Notes: generated by a model from the sequence alone, not told the origin. A stretch of DNA of 64,000 bases from Azolla caroliniana (GCA_043228905.1 JBHGNT010000010.1:4216001-4280000), one strand, 5' to 3'. Counted from the first letter of the stretch, positions 45,437-58,160 are shown. Numbers and translations are program-made.

Positions 45437-45508
45437 TGATATAGCAAGACTCGAACCCATGACCTTATGTTATATGGGTCGAACTCTTGACCATTATACC
45501 ATCCATTG
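45437..45508 (-). other. tRNA-like Pol III (A box/B box) cassette in U3 of the chromovirus 5' LTR; also at 50597-50668 and 58586-58639
   Basis: Minus strand TGGTATAATGGT-CAAGAG...AGGTC-ATGGG-TTCGAGTC with exact T8-to-T54 spacing. Confidence 0.6.
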
Positions 45509-45926
45509 TAATACGTAAAATATTATTTTCATTTAAATTTTATTATAGGAAATTAATGTATATTCCAGATATCTCTAGAACATTCTAGAAGCTTCAGGAC
45601 TCCTCCTGAGAACACTATAAAAGGAGGAACAAGGCATTATGTTGAACCAAATTGGTTCAATGCTAGTCTTAAGCCTCATAGCCATCTTGTACTTTTCATA
45701 TAATATATCATATGTTATCATCATCTCTCTCTCTCTCTCTCTCTCCTCTTCTCTTTCCTCTCTCTCGGGAGTCTTACGCAATCCCGTCCTCGTAGTACTA
45801 ATAGTACTTCCCTTCTCTAGTACTAATTCTCTCTCTGTTTTAGTACTATTCCTTACAGTTTGAACCGATTTTTCTCTAGTCTTCTTTTCGGTTTCCCTCA
45901 TCCTCTTACCCCTTTTTTCCAATACT

Positions 45927-48900
45927 ATGGCAACTGTTAGCGCCCAAGAATATCAATCTGTTTTCTCCGAGCTAGAGGGTCTAAAAGAAAAATTTGTTGC
46001 CTTCGAACAAGAAAACCAACGATTGTTAGGGGACCTTCAACAAATCACTCTAGAAAAACAGTAAACGCAACAACAACATGGGGAGTTAGCATTACGTGTA
46101 CAACAACTCGAAGCAACCATCGTAGCGTTGCAACAACAAGGATCAAGTCCCCAAGGATTTCATAAAGAGCCCAAGATTGGACTTCCTGTGAAATTCGATG
46201 GAACGCAATCGCAATTCAGGGGATTTCTTAATCAGGTACACTTAGTCATTCAAATGCATCCTTCCCGATACCCCAATGATGCATCCCGAATCAGCCTAAT
46301 AGGCACGTTGCTTAGTGGCTCAACCTTGGCATGGTTCGCTCCGCTTCTAGAAAAACAATCACCCTTGCTTAATAACTTTGACGACTTTATTAGAGAGTTT
46401 AAAGCATGCTTTGGAGATACAGACAACATCAGGATGGTGATTAACAAAATCCGACGATTGCGTCAAGGTGATCGTCCAGCCTCTGCCTACGCGACGGATT
46501 TCCGTCTACTCGCCTCAGATATCCCCTAGGATGATCAGGCACTAATGGAGCAGTTTCGCTACGGCCTGCAAAACGATGTCAAAGATTTACTCCTAACCTT
46601 CCCCAAAGAACCAAAGTCTCTTACAGAGGCAATCAGTCGAGCGGTCCGATGCGACAACCGCCTTTTCGAACGGCGTTCTGAACGTCAATTACAAATACCA
46701 CGCCCTAGGCCAGAGCCCACATATGCCTCAGTCGCGGCTAAACCGTTTGCACGAGACGTATCTCAAACAAATACTTTGACACCGATGGAGATCGACACCA
46801 TGCGTCGATGTGGCCCGTTATCGGAAGACGAAAAGCAACGCCAACGTGCAAATCGATTATGTCTTTATTGCAGTGGACCAGTGCATATCGCAATCAACTG
46901 TCCCCATAGGCCAAGAAGACAGGTAAATCAAATCGTAGCCTGTACTAAACCTGAGTCTATTCTTCCCTTAGGAGTGTCTGATAGTATTAATAGTACTAAT
47001 AACCCAAGTATCTCAAATAAATTTGAAATCCTTAGTCAATTAGAAGAAGAGTTAAATGACTGAGTCCAACCAAAATAGGAGCCGTTTGGTTGGACAGCCC
47101 TAGATCTGTACAACCCATTAGTGGTTCCATTCCCTCAAAGCAAGTTAGCAATGTGTTCTTAGCCCAAGTCAGGGTTAGTACTAAAAGTACTCCTCCAATA
47201 CACATCCTAGCACTTTTAGATTCCGGAGCCCATTCTTGTTTCATGGATCAAAATTTTGCCCAAGCTTCTCAGATATCCTTAAGAAAACTTCCTTGCCCCG
47301 CATCTGTAGTAGTCATTGATGGTCGTCCCATTGCTTCCAGGAATATTGTAGAAGAGTCCGAACCCATTTAGGTTGTCCTAGGTAGTTTTGTGTGTGTGGT
47401 ATCATTTAATATAATTAGTAGTCCAGAGCATCCCATTGTCCTGGGATTACCTTGGTTTGAATTACATAATCCAGACATAGATTGGAGAACAAGAGAAGTC
47501 TGGTCTCGACAACCCCTTGAAGAATCTACTCCATCAACTACGCGAAGAAGGACACAAGGAGGCAATGTTTCTATTTGCAATATCAGTACATCCTTCCAAC
47601 AATATTAAGAAGGAATCCTTAGTGCAACTTCCGGCAAAATATCATCCTTATGCCGATGTATTTGACAAGGTAAAAGCCGGTACTCTTCCTCATCATCGTC
47701 CCTACGATTGTCCCATTGATTTACAACCAGGAACAGAGCCACCATGGGGACCAATTTACAACTTGTCACCAACCGAGTTAGAAGTCCTTCAAGCCTACAT
47801 AGAGGAGAATTTGGCAAGCGAGTTTATTCGTCATTCGAAATCTCCAACTGGTGCACCTATCTTCTTTGTCAAGAAGAAAGATGGATCACTTCGTCTCGTC
47901 CTTGATTACCGCAACTTGAATAAGGTCACCATCAGGAATAGGTATGCACTTCCTCTTATATCAAGTCTTTTAGAGCGAGTAAATGGTGCCAAGTTTTTTA
48001 CAAAAATCGATCTATGAGGAGCGTATAACCTCGTGCGGATCCGACCGGGAGACGAATGGAAGACCTCCTTTCACACGCAGTATGGGAATTTCGAGTATAC
48101 CGTTATGCTGTTCGGTCTAACCAATGTGCCCGCAGTCTTCCAGCACATGGCAAATGATATATTCAGAGACCTCTTGGATATCTGTTTGATCATCTATCTG
48201 GATGATCTATTGATTTATTCGAAGACCCAGGAAGAGCATGATTCTCATGTACTATTAGTACTAAAACGACTCCGAGAGAATGATCTTTATGCCAAACTAG
48301 AAAAATGTAGCTTTGACTGCAAGCAAGTGGAATTTTTAGGCTACGTCATCTCCTCAAAGGGCATCTCCATGGATCCAGCTAAAGTCAAAATTGTGCTAGA
48401 GTGGCAAACTCCACGTTCGTTACGAGATGTACAATGTTTCCTAGGTTTTGCTAACTTCTACCGCAAGTTTATACAAGATTACTTGAAGATTATTTTACCT
48501 CTCACATAGCTTACGAAGAAAGGACAAGCATTTCTTTGGTCCAATGAAGCGGAGATGGCTTTTAGGCATCTTAAGAAAGCCTTTACATTAGCTCCTATTC
48601 TAGCTCATGTGGATACAAACAAACCATTCATCATGGAGGCCGACACATCAGATTTCACCCTCAGTAGCATCCTTTCTATACAAGGAGATAAAGAAGAGTT
48701 ACATCATGTGGCTTTCCATTCACGCAAATTTGATGCTGCGGAAATAAACTACGGGATACATGACAAGGAGTTATTAGCCATCGTGGATTCATTTGTGCAA
48801 TGGCGGCACTTCTTAGAGGGCTCTCCACATCAGGTCATCATCTTCAGTGATCACAAAAACCTTGCTTATTTCCAGAACGCTCGTGTACTAAATCGAAGGC

Positions 48901-50600
48901 AAGCTCGGTGGGCCCAATTCCTCACATGTTTTAACTTCAAAATCACATATCGACCGGGGAAGCAGCAAGGAAAAGCAAATGCACTATCGCGGCGTTCATA
49001 TCTTGCACCTCATCCTGGTGATCCAGTGTTTGATAATCAAAAGCATGTAATCTTGGGACCAACACGTTTGCACACAACGCGGATTTTTCACACTCCACTA
49101 GATTCCCGGATTATCGATGCCATACGTGCTAACCTAAAGACAGACAGTTTTGCTCAAACCATTCTAGCGCACATTGATAGCTCTCGGGCATCCTGTTCCC
49201 AATGTCAACAACCAGGTATGGACTACCGACAATTCGAATATCATGATGGTTTATTGTTCTTTAAAAAGCTCGTATATGTTCCCGATTGCTCCTATCACCT
49301 TCAAATCGTCCAAAATTGTCACGACACCCATACAGCGAGACATTTCGATAGTACAAAGACGTTGGATCTAGTTCAATGATCCTTTTGGTGGCCCCATATG
49401 TGACGTTTTGTCGACGACTACGTTCAGACCTATGATGCTTGCTGCCGAGCAAAGATGCCACGACATCATCCATATGGCTTGTTGGAACCCTTACCGATTC
49501 CAAGTAAGACGTGACAGTCTATTTGTCTTGATTTTATCACAGATCTGTTGGTCTCGAAGGTTTTCGATGCTATCTTAACCGTCGTTGATCGATATACTAA
49601 GATGACATAGTGAGGAAACCGTCGTCCTTGTCATGCGTGAGGTATTTCGGCACCATGGCCTCCTAGACAGTATCATCAGTGATCGAGGACCTCAATTCGT
49701 CTCCAAATTTTGGAAGCATCTTTTCAACATGCTCAAGCTCTCTTGTAACCTCTCCTCCAGTTACCATCCCTAGACCGATGGGCAAGCGGAACAAACAAAT
49801 CAAATGCTGGAACAATACCTCTGGTGTTTTCTGAGTTATCAGCGGGACGATTGGGCTGATATTCTCCACTTTGCAGAGTTTTCTTATAATAGCGTTATTC
49901 ACTCCTCGACTCGGGTATCCCCATTTTACGCTTATACTGGTTCTCATCCTCGCAGGTCTGTGATCGACACCCCGGAGCTACCTACCAATCCTCGTGTCGA
50001 GGATCATTTGGAGAGGCTACGCAAGATCCAAATGGATCTCTCTACTCATCTTCGTCATGCTCAACACACACAGAAGACTTATGCGGATCATCATCGGCTT
50101 CCCTCCTCTTTTGTCATCGGAGATCGAGTATGGCTCTTACGTCGTTACATCAAGACTACTCGACCGTGCGACAAGTTGGATTATCAATGACTCGGTCCTT
50201 TCCGTATTACCGGTAAGGTTAATGATGTCACATTTCGTCTTGATCTTCCTCCGCATCTTCAGATACATCCGGTCTTCCATAGTTCTCTTCTTGAACCTTA
50301 TAAATCAAACACTATTCCCGATCGTGTTACACCGCCGCCACCCCCGCTTGAGTTAGACGCCGGCCTGGAGTATGAAGTTGTTGCCATCCTCGACTCCAAA
50401 TTTGTTTACAACAAACTTTATTATTTGGTCGATTGGCTTGGCTATAGTCCGAGTGAACGTACTTGGGAACTCATCGAGTATGTCGCCAATGCTCAGGATC
50501 TTCTTGCTAATTTCCATCGACAGTATCCGGACAAACCCGGTCCTCAATCAACGCCGACTCGTTACACTCGTCGTCTTAAAGGGGGGGATAGTGTCATGAT
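45927..50600 (+). pseudogene. Chromovirus gag-pol (Gag, PR, RT, RNase H, IN, chromodomain) with several stops and frameshifts
   Basis: [89 protein letters not shown]; chromodomain EYEVVAILDSK..YYLVDWLGYSPSERTWE at ~50368-50530. Confidence 0.92.
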
Positions 50601-52255
50601 ATGGCAAGACTCGAACCCATGACCTTATGTTATATGGGTCGAACTCTTGACCATTATACCATCTATTGTAATATGTAGGGTATTATTTTCATTTAAATTT
50701 TATTATAGGAAATTAATGTATATTCCAGATATCTCTGGAACATTCTAGAAGCTTCAGGACTCCTCCTGAGAACACTATAAAAGGAGGCACAAGGTATTAT
50801 GTTGAACCAAATTGGTTCAACACTAGTCTTAAGCCTCATAGCCATCTTGTACTTACTCTTGATATAATATATCATCTATTATCATCATCTCTCTCTCTCT
50901 CTCGTCCTCGCTATCTCTCTCTCTCTCGAGAGTCTTACGCAGTCCCATCCTCTTAGTACTAATAGTACTTCCCTTCTCTAGTACTAATTCTCTCTTTGTT
51001 TTAGCACTATTCCTGACAGGTGCAAGGCTCAATCAAGTGGGGAAATATATGTTTGGCTATCATGGCAGACCCCAGTTGACAGATACGAGCATCAGGAGGA
51101 GGGGATGGCTTTGGTGATAAAAGCACAAGAGGTTTTTTTCTCCACCATCGGCAATGTCCACTCAACTCCTCTTAATGACAAATCTCAAGTTGTGTTGGAA
51201 TTGGTCAGCCCAATAACTCTTTGGATTCTATGGAAACAACGGTGTAGACGGGTCTTCTCCAACCAAACCGCGCATCCAACAATGTTACCGCAAGAGATAT
51301 GGAGTGAAATTGTAGCCACTCTAAACATCCAATATGATGGCCTCAAGGGCAGTTCCGATGAAGTTGAAAGACAACGAATAACCTTCATCCAACAATGGTC
51401 GTCCTCTCCCTTTCTTGAGTCAGTGGGCATCCACATAAGATGGAATTATTGCGTCCCTACAGGGATTTGTACATAATCATCTCATTTGTAAAATTTTATA
51501 ACTAATGGAAGGAGTTTTTTTGGGGAAAAAAAAAATGTTGATTGTTTTGAAATCTTTCACTTATGATATCGTTAAGATCTAAAATACTACTAGTTGTAAT
51601 TTCTCCTTAAAAATACACAAAGTCACTTTTTGTATTTGGCCAAAATTTGGCATTTTTCAATTTTACCGAATGGTGAAAATTTTAGCTTTTTCATCAAGTT
51701 TTCGAGAACATGTGATACTGGTATCAAGGTGTTTTGTGGAATGGCAAAAAAAGCCCCAAAATCAGACGGAATATTCCTTATCCTTCCATTTGTGCGTAAT
51801 TCTTCCACTTGTGAACGCAAACGTGTTTTGGGGGAACCTGAAGGTCTTTGGCGCCAGCACCATAACCCAAAGTTGCAGCTCCGCCAAGAGTTCAACAATG
51901 TTTGACAAGGAAGAATGTCGGTCATTCACTATACCACGAAGATCAAGGAGATCTGTGACTCACTCGGCTCCATCAACGTGAATTTGGTGGACGAAGACGA
52001 GATGGTATAATTTTGTCTTAGTGGTCTAGCCCAGAAATATGGGTCGATTCGGACGGCAATCTGCACCAGAGAGAAGCCTCCATCATTTTCTGACTTGTAG
52101 TTGATGCTCCTTGTAGAGGAGAACCACACGGGTGCGTCAACGAGCATGCACATCGACAACAAGATGTTGTATACGGAGGCAGATAGGCCCCGTGATCGTG
52201 GTGGACGTGGCGGATTGAGACGCAATGGAGGTAGCCAACAAGAGCAAAACCAAAG

Positions 52256-52583
52256 TGTTGAGCGGCAAGCTCAACCGGAGCCGGATCGGCTGAATAAGCC
52301 GAAGCCGGTAAGCGAGACGGATCGGGCGAAACGGATCGATATGACGGTGAGCAACCGAACCGGCAAGCAATGGAGGCCGGGTGCAATCCGTAACCGGCAG
52401 TCCAATCGTAAGCCTAGAATAGGATAGACTACTAGGTATCTATAGTCTCGTAGTAAGTGTCAGATGCTCGTGTGAGCATTGAAGTACATGGTACTTCTGT
52501 CAGTCCCAAGAGGACTTGTATAAATAGTGCTACTTAGCACAGTGTGTAAGTGCAGAGTCTTTATATAATTTTGGAAATTATGT

Positions 52584-52614
<31 letters not shown>

Positions 52615-55600
52615 TGTTCTCTGTTTTACGCTTCCGCAAACACTTACGTTTACATGGTATCAAAGCGCGAGGGTTGAGAACCTCTTATGTAGACATTTAC
52701 TCTTGAGAAGAAAACCCTAACAGGTCGAAAACAGACACAGTAGAAGACATGGATAGAGGCATGGCTACGTCGCTCCCGGTGGAGAAGCTCGACAGGAGCA
52801 ACTACGCATCCTGGTCTTACAAGATGCACCAGTACCTGCTTGGACACGAGTACTGGAGTTATGTCGAAGGAGCGAATGATGCGGCGCCAGACTCGACACA
52901 CAAGGACTTCCCGGTATGGGAACAGGTGGCAAGCAGGGTGATGTACTGCTTCGCATCCAGTGTCGCCAAGACACCGAAGGATGCTTGGGGGAACCTGAAA
53001 AAGGCTTTCGCCGCAAGCACCACTGCCCGGAAGCTGCAACTCAGACAGGAGTTGAGCAATGTTCGACAGAAGAACATGTCCGTGGCAGACTACACGGGCC
53101 GGATAAACGAGATTTGCGACTCACTCGCCTCTATCAATGTTACCATAGAGGAAGACGAGATGGTGCAGGTATATCTCGGAGGCCTGGCGTCCAAGTTCGG
53201 AGCGTTCCGGACTGCGGTGTGTACAAGGGATACTACCCCCTCATTCTTCGACTTACAGTCGATGCTCCTTGTAGAGGAGAACCACGCCGGTGCATCTACC
53301 AGTGCATCCCCGGACAGCCGAATGTTGTACACGGGAACGGATCGGCATTGTGGGCGTGGTGGAAGAGGTGGGTCGGCACGCAATGGAGGCGGCCGGCAAG
53401 AGTAGGAACGGAGGCACTATGAGTGTGCCGACAGCAGTTCTGGGACTTCCACAAGTAGGGGGAGTCAAGGCGGTGCCGGAGGACGGCAAGACAAATCCGC
53501 TACGGAATGCTGGTACTGTGGCAAAAAAGGTCACAGGGAAAGCGAGTGCTGGAGAAAGCGTGCCGATTCGGACAAATCCGGATCCGGCAAGACCGGTAAG
53601 GATGGCCGGCAAAACTCGCACTACGTAAACGGATCAGGAGGATCCGGAACCGGAAAGGCCGGTAAGGGGCTAGCCTTGGTGATGAATCACAAGGCAAACT
53701 CAATGAAGAAGACCACTTTCAAAACGGAGGAAGTGTGGTATGTTGATTCCGGCGCGTCGAACCACATGACGAGCCACAAAGAGTGGTTCTCCTTTCTGGA
53801 GAAACCGGATCAACCTGGAGTAGTCGAAACCGGAGATGACACTCCACACCCAATCGTGCACGTCAGAGAAGTCCCTCTAAGCCACGTCGGACAGAAAGGG
53901 AAGCTAATGAACGTATTACACGTTCCGACGATCACGAAGAACCTGGTGTCCGTTGGTCAGATAGTTGACCAGGGGATGCAGGTGTGGTTTACGCACCTCG
54001 GGTGCTTCATTGAGGATGAGGGCGAAGTCATTGCGCAAGGGCGCAGAGACGGGAGGATGTTTATCCTCAACACCAATGACATTGGCACTGCTCTGTTCGC
54101 GAAACGACAGAAGGTCGAGTCGGACATCGACCTATGGCACAAGTGGATAGGCCATGTCAACTACCAGAGGCTTCAAGACCTGCAAACGAAACAAGTCGTT
54201 TTCGGTTTGCCAAAGTTTAGCGGCCGGAGAGCCGAAATTTGTGAAGCCTGCCAACTTGGGAAGCAACACCGGCTTCCATTCCCCACCGAACGGAACCGGA
54301 GTCGTAACAAGCTCGATCTCATCCATTCGGATGTGTGGGGACCGGCACAAAGTGTAAGCCTTGGCGGGAGCCGATACTTCATCTCCTTCATCGACGACTA
54401 TACTCGACATACTTGGATCTACCTCATTGAGCGGAAGAGCGAAGTCTTCGACTGTTTCCGGAGCCTCCAGAAGATGGTCAAATGCCTTCGGTCGGATGGC
54501 AGAAAGGAATATTTTTCCGACCAATTCACTAGTTATCTGCAGCAGAAGGGAATTCAGCGAGAGTTCAGCTGCAGATACACACCAGAGCAAAACGGTGTGG
54601 CCGAAAGGAAGAACCGGACACTCGTCGAAGCGGCAAGGACAATGCTGGAGGAGAAGAGCATGCCCCGGTTCTACTGAGCGGAGGCGGTCCAGACGGCCGT
54701 CTACATACAAAACCACATTGGTGACAAGGTGTCAGCTCATGAGCTGTATTTCAGGCGCAAGCCGAACTTGAGACACCTTCGGATATTCGGCAGCATAGCG
54801 TATGTGCATGTGCCGGATCAGAAGCGGAGAAAGCTGGATGCAAAATCGGAAAAATGCATCCTAGTCGGCTATGCTGAAGAGCAAAAGGGGTATAAGTGTT
54901 ATAACCCCCGGACGAAGGAAGTCCGAGTTAGCCGGGATGTCGAGTTCGACGAATCGGCATCCTGGTACTCCGTACCGACTCCGACTTCCGATCCCGACCC
55001 AATGCCGAAAGATCAAGCCAGTGAGCCTGAATCAGCCCTAGCAGAGGATGATGAAGCCGGGACTCAAGATGAGAGTCCGGAATCATTACGGTTGAGTGGA
55101 CCGAACGAGCGACTGAGTCGGTTGGACCAGTCGGATGAAGAGACGGCAAGTGGTGGAGACTCTGCCGTGCTCTCCCCGCACAAGAAACCGAGGAAACGGT
55201 TCACGCGCAAAGAGAAGGGGAAGAGGAAGATGCCGGAATTCGAAACCGGCAATGATGAGTCGGATCGGTGCATATCCGACTCCGGAAAAGAAAAAGGCGG
55301 ATCTTCGGCAACGAAGACCGAACTAGCCAAGAAGGGACTCAAATCGGGTGACGGTGCGTTGCGCCGATCAACCCACCAGAAGGATCCCGTCATGCGGTAC
55401 GGGTACAATGAATACATGGCGCATCATTATGCATACATGACTAAGGTGACAGAAGTGCGCGAGCCGGAGAGCTACGCAGAAGTGGCAAAGGACGCAAATT
55501 GGCGTGCCGCTATGGCCGAAGAAATGCGGGCACTCGATGCCAACGAAACTTGGGACCTAGTTGATCCTCCCCGTCACTGTAAACCGATCGGATGCAAGTG

Positions 55601-58059
55601 GGTGTACAAGGTCAAGTACAACGCCGACGGTTCTGTTAACTGGTACAAAGCCCGGTTAGTGGCGAAGGGATACGCGCAGACCCACGGAATCGACTACGAT
55701 GAGACCTTCGCTCCTGTGGCGAAGATGACGACAGTTCGTGTGGTACTGGCGGTTGCTGCGGCAAGGGGGTGGCATCTTCACTAGATGGATGTGAAGAACG
55801 CCTTTCTTCAAGGAGAGCTTGAAGAAGAAGTCTTTATGACTCAGCCCCCCGGATTTCACTCGGAGATGGACAAGTCGGCGGTATGCCGACTGAAGAAGTC
55901 GCTTTACGGCTTGAAGCAAGCCCCCCGAGCCTGGAACGCGAAGATCACGCACTGGTTGCGTAAGCTGGGGTTTGCTGTCTCTAAGTCGGACTCTTCGTTG
56001 TTCATCCGACAAGGCTCTGACGGTCCGGTATGTATACTCTTGTATGTGGATGATTTAGTTATCACCGGACCGGGTCTTCCCGAAATCAACAACGTCAAGT
56101 CCTAGTTGTCGGACGCATTCGAAATGAAGGACCTGGGGGACCTCCATTATTTTCTTAGGATCGAAGTGATCCGGACCCCCGACGGCATATTGCTCTCACA
56201 ACGACATTACGTGTTGAATATGCTGTATAAATTCGGCATGTCGGATTGCCGACCTGTCTCCACACCCCTGGATCGGAACCAGAAGGTCCGTCCCAACTCC
56301 GGACCGGCCTACAATGAGAAACGGTTACGACAGGTTGTCGGAAGCCTGATCTACTTAACCATCACCCGACCCGACATCAGCTATCCGGTCGGCATGGTAA
56401 GTCAGTTCATGCAGAAGCCGACCGTGGAGCACCTTTAATGCGCACAAAGAATATTACGGTATGTCAGCGGCACTAAGGACCGGGGACTGCTATACCGGCA
56501 AGGTATACCCGAAGAGCTTGTCGGTTACATCGATGTTGACTGGGCCGGCGATGCGTCTGATCGCCGCTCCACTTCCGGATACATGTTCTCCATAGGTAGC
56601 GCGGCTGTTGCGTGGAGCAGCAAGAAGCAGCCCATAGTGGCTTTGTCAAGCACTGAGGTTGAGTATCAGGCCGCTACCGTTGCCACTTGTGAAGCCATCT
56701 GGCTTCGGCGACTGCTGCGAGACTTGCGGATCGAGGTGCCCACCCCGATCCCGATTTACTGCGATAACATGAGCAGCCTGCAGCTCGCCAGGAACCCTGT
56801 GTTCCATGCTCGCACAAAGCACATCAAGGTGCACTACCACTTCGTGCGTGAGCGGGTCCTGAGCGGTGAAGTTGACCTACGGTATGTTCATACGGATCGG
56901 CAAGTTGCCGACATCTTCACCAAGCCGCTCGGATCGGACAAGTTGCAGCACTTTACCGACATGCTTGGTATTCAGCATCTCGACGTGCCGCACTTGAGGG
57001 GGAGAAGCAAGGGCAAAGTCTCTACCGAAACTGGCAAAGGCAAAAAAACTGTTGAACCCGTCGGTAAGAGGAGAGCCGGAAGAAGAGGAGACAAGAAGAT
57101 GAAGGAAGCCGAGTCGACGAAGGAAGTCGAAACATCCGAACAGGTCGGAGCAAGCAGCTGTGAAGAAGAGTTGTGCACTCAGGAAGAGAAGTGCATGTTG
57201 TGCGGAGGTCATCACGACGGTACTGACCATGATGCGGAGTCGAATGAAGAATTCGATTTCGGTTCACCGGCTGAAGAAGCCGAGGGAAGCATGGAGAAGG
57301 CCAAGACACGGAAGTGGTCCGATGTGGTGAGAGGCCTGAAGCCGGAAGTCGAATCGGAGTGTACCGATTTGGACAAGAGCTGGAACGAGTCGGAGACAGC
57401 TGACTCGGATCAACAGATGGATCCGGATGAGTCGGATCGACTGAAGGCCAAGGGGACACGGACACAGCGGAAGTCGATGCCATTGTGGGAGAATCGACGG
57501 ATCGGTAAGCGCCAGAGTCACAACAACGTGAGTGCTGAGATGGGCCTATTGAGCAGACATGCCGACCGATAGGGTCGAGGCGCGCAGAACCAAAGGGGTC
57601 GCGGCAAACGGGACCGGACCGGACGAGGAGCGCGAGCAAGGCGGAGTGATGCCAGGAGAAGTCGGCTGAAAGAACCGACTGCCACAGAGGTCGACACTAC
57701 GACCCCACCTCAGGTTGAGCTTGAGGGGGAGTGTTGAGCGACAAGCTCAACCGGAGCCGGATCGACTGAATAAGCCGAAGCCGGTAAGCGAGACGGATCG
57801 GGCGAAACGGATCGATATGACGGTGAGCAACCGAACCGGCAAGCAGTGGAGGCCGGGTGCAATCCGTAACCGGCAGTCCAATCGGAAGCCTAGAATAGGA
57901 TAGACTACTAGGTATCTATAGTCTCATAGTAAGTGTCAGATGCTCGTGTGAGCATTGAAGTACATGGTACTTCTGTCAGTCCCAAGAGGACTTGTATAAA
58001 TAGTGCTACTTAGCACAGTGTGTAAGTGCAGAGTCTTTATATAATTTTGGAAATTACGT

Positions 58060-58120
<61 letters not shown>

Positions 58121-58160
58121 TGTTCTCTGTTTTACGCTTCCGCAAACACTTACGTTTACA
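52256..58160 (+). mobile_element. Full-length Ty1/Copia C (same family as A), nested in D
   Basis: LTRs 52256-52654 and 57732-58160 (~6 substitutions plus a CT-tract length difference); TSD CAAAG; PBS TGGTATCAAAGC 52655-66; PPT GAGGGGGAG. Confidence 0.96.
52749..57737 (+). pseudogene. Copia C gag-pol with multiple in-frame stops
   Basis: Gag (EKLDRSNYASW, CWYCGKKGHRESEC), PR WYVDSGAS, IN, RT YVDDLV, RNase H; stops at 53403, 54675, 55782, 56103, 56436, 57570. Confidence 0.92.

Larger units (their letters stand above)
45432..51018 (+). mobile_element. Full-length Ty3/Gypsy chromovirus E (Tcn1-like), decayed
   Basis: LTRs 45432-45857 and 50592-51018; TSD GGTGT/GGTGC; PPT AAAGGGGGGGATAG before the 3' LTR; no TGG tRNA PBS. 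Clade assignment is inferred. Confidence 0.93.
44673..51530 (+). mobile_element. 5'-truncated L1-like LINE (ORF2 C-terminus, zf-RVT), split by chromovirus E
   Basis: FWQKIWK..RITTFQWLLIHKSLPVG..CVEC..ESIRHALWDC (44684-45431) continues as TLWILWKQRCRRVF (51105-51476); A tail; 16-bp TSD AAAAATGTTGATTGTT (44657-72, 51531-46). Confidence 0.9.
37000..51827. mobile_element. Non-autonomous TIR DNA transposon (~3 kb net of nested insertions), superfamily unresolved
   Basis: 20-bp TIR AA(C/T)ACGTTTGCGTTCACAAG (19/20 match) plus inverted 16-mer ACCAGTATCACATGTT (37096-111 / 51707-22). Removing it with a 4-bp TSD TTGG restores gag sequence GATGCTTGGGGGAACCTG. Confidence 0.82.

Noticed and set aside
47000-47100. 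Programmed -1 frameshift between chromovirus gag and pol
   Set aside because: The frames differ, but no correctly phased slippery heptamer was found and the element has other decay frameshifts.
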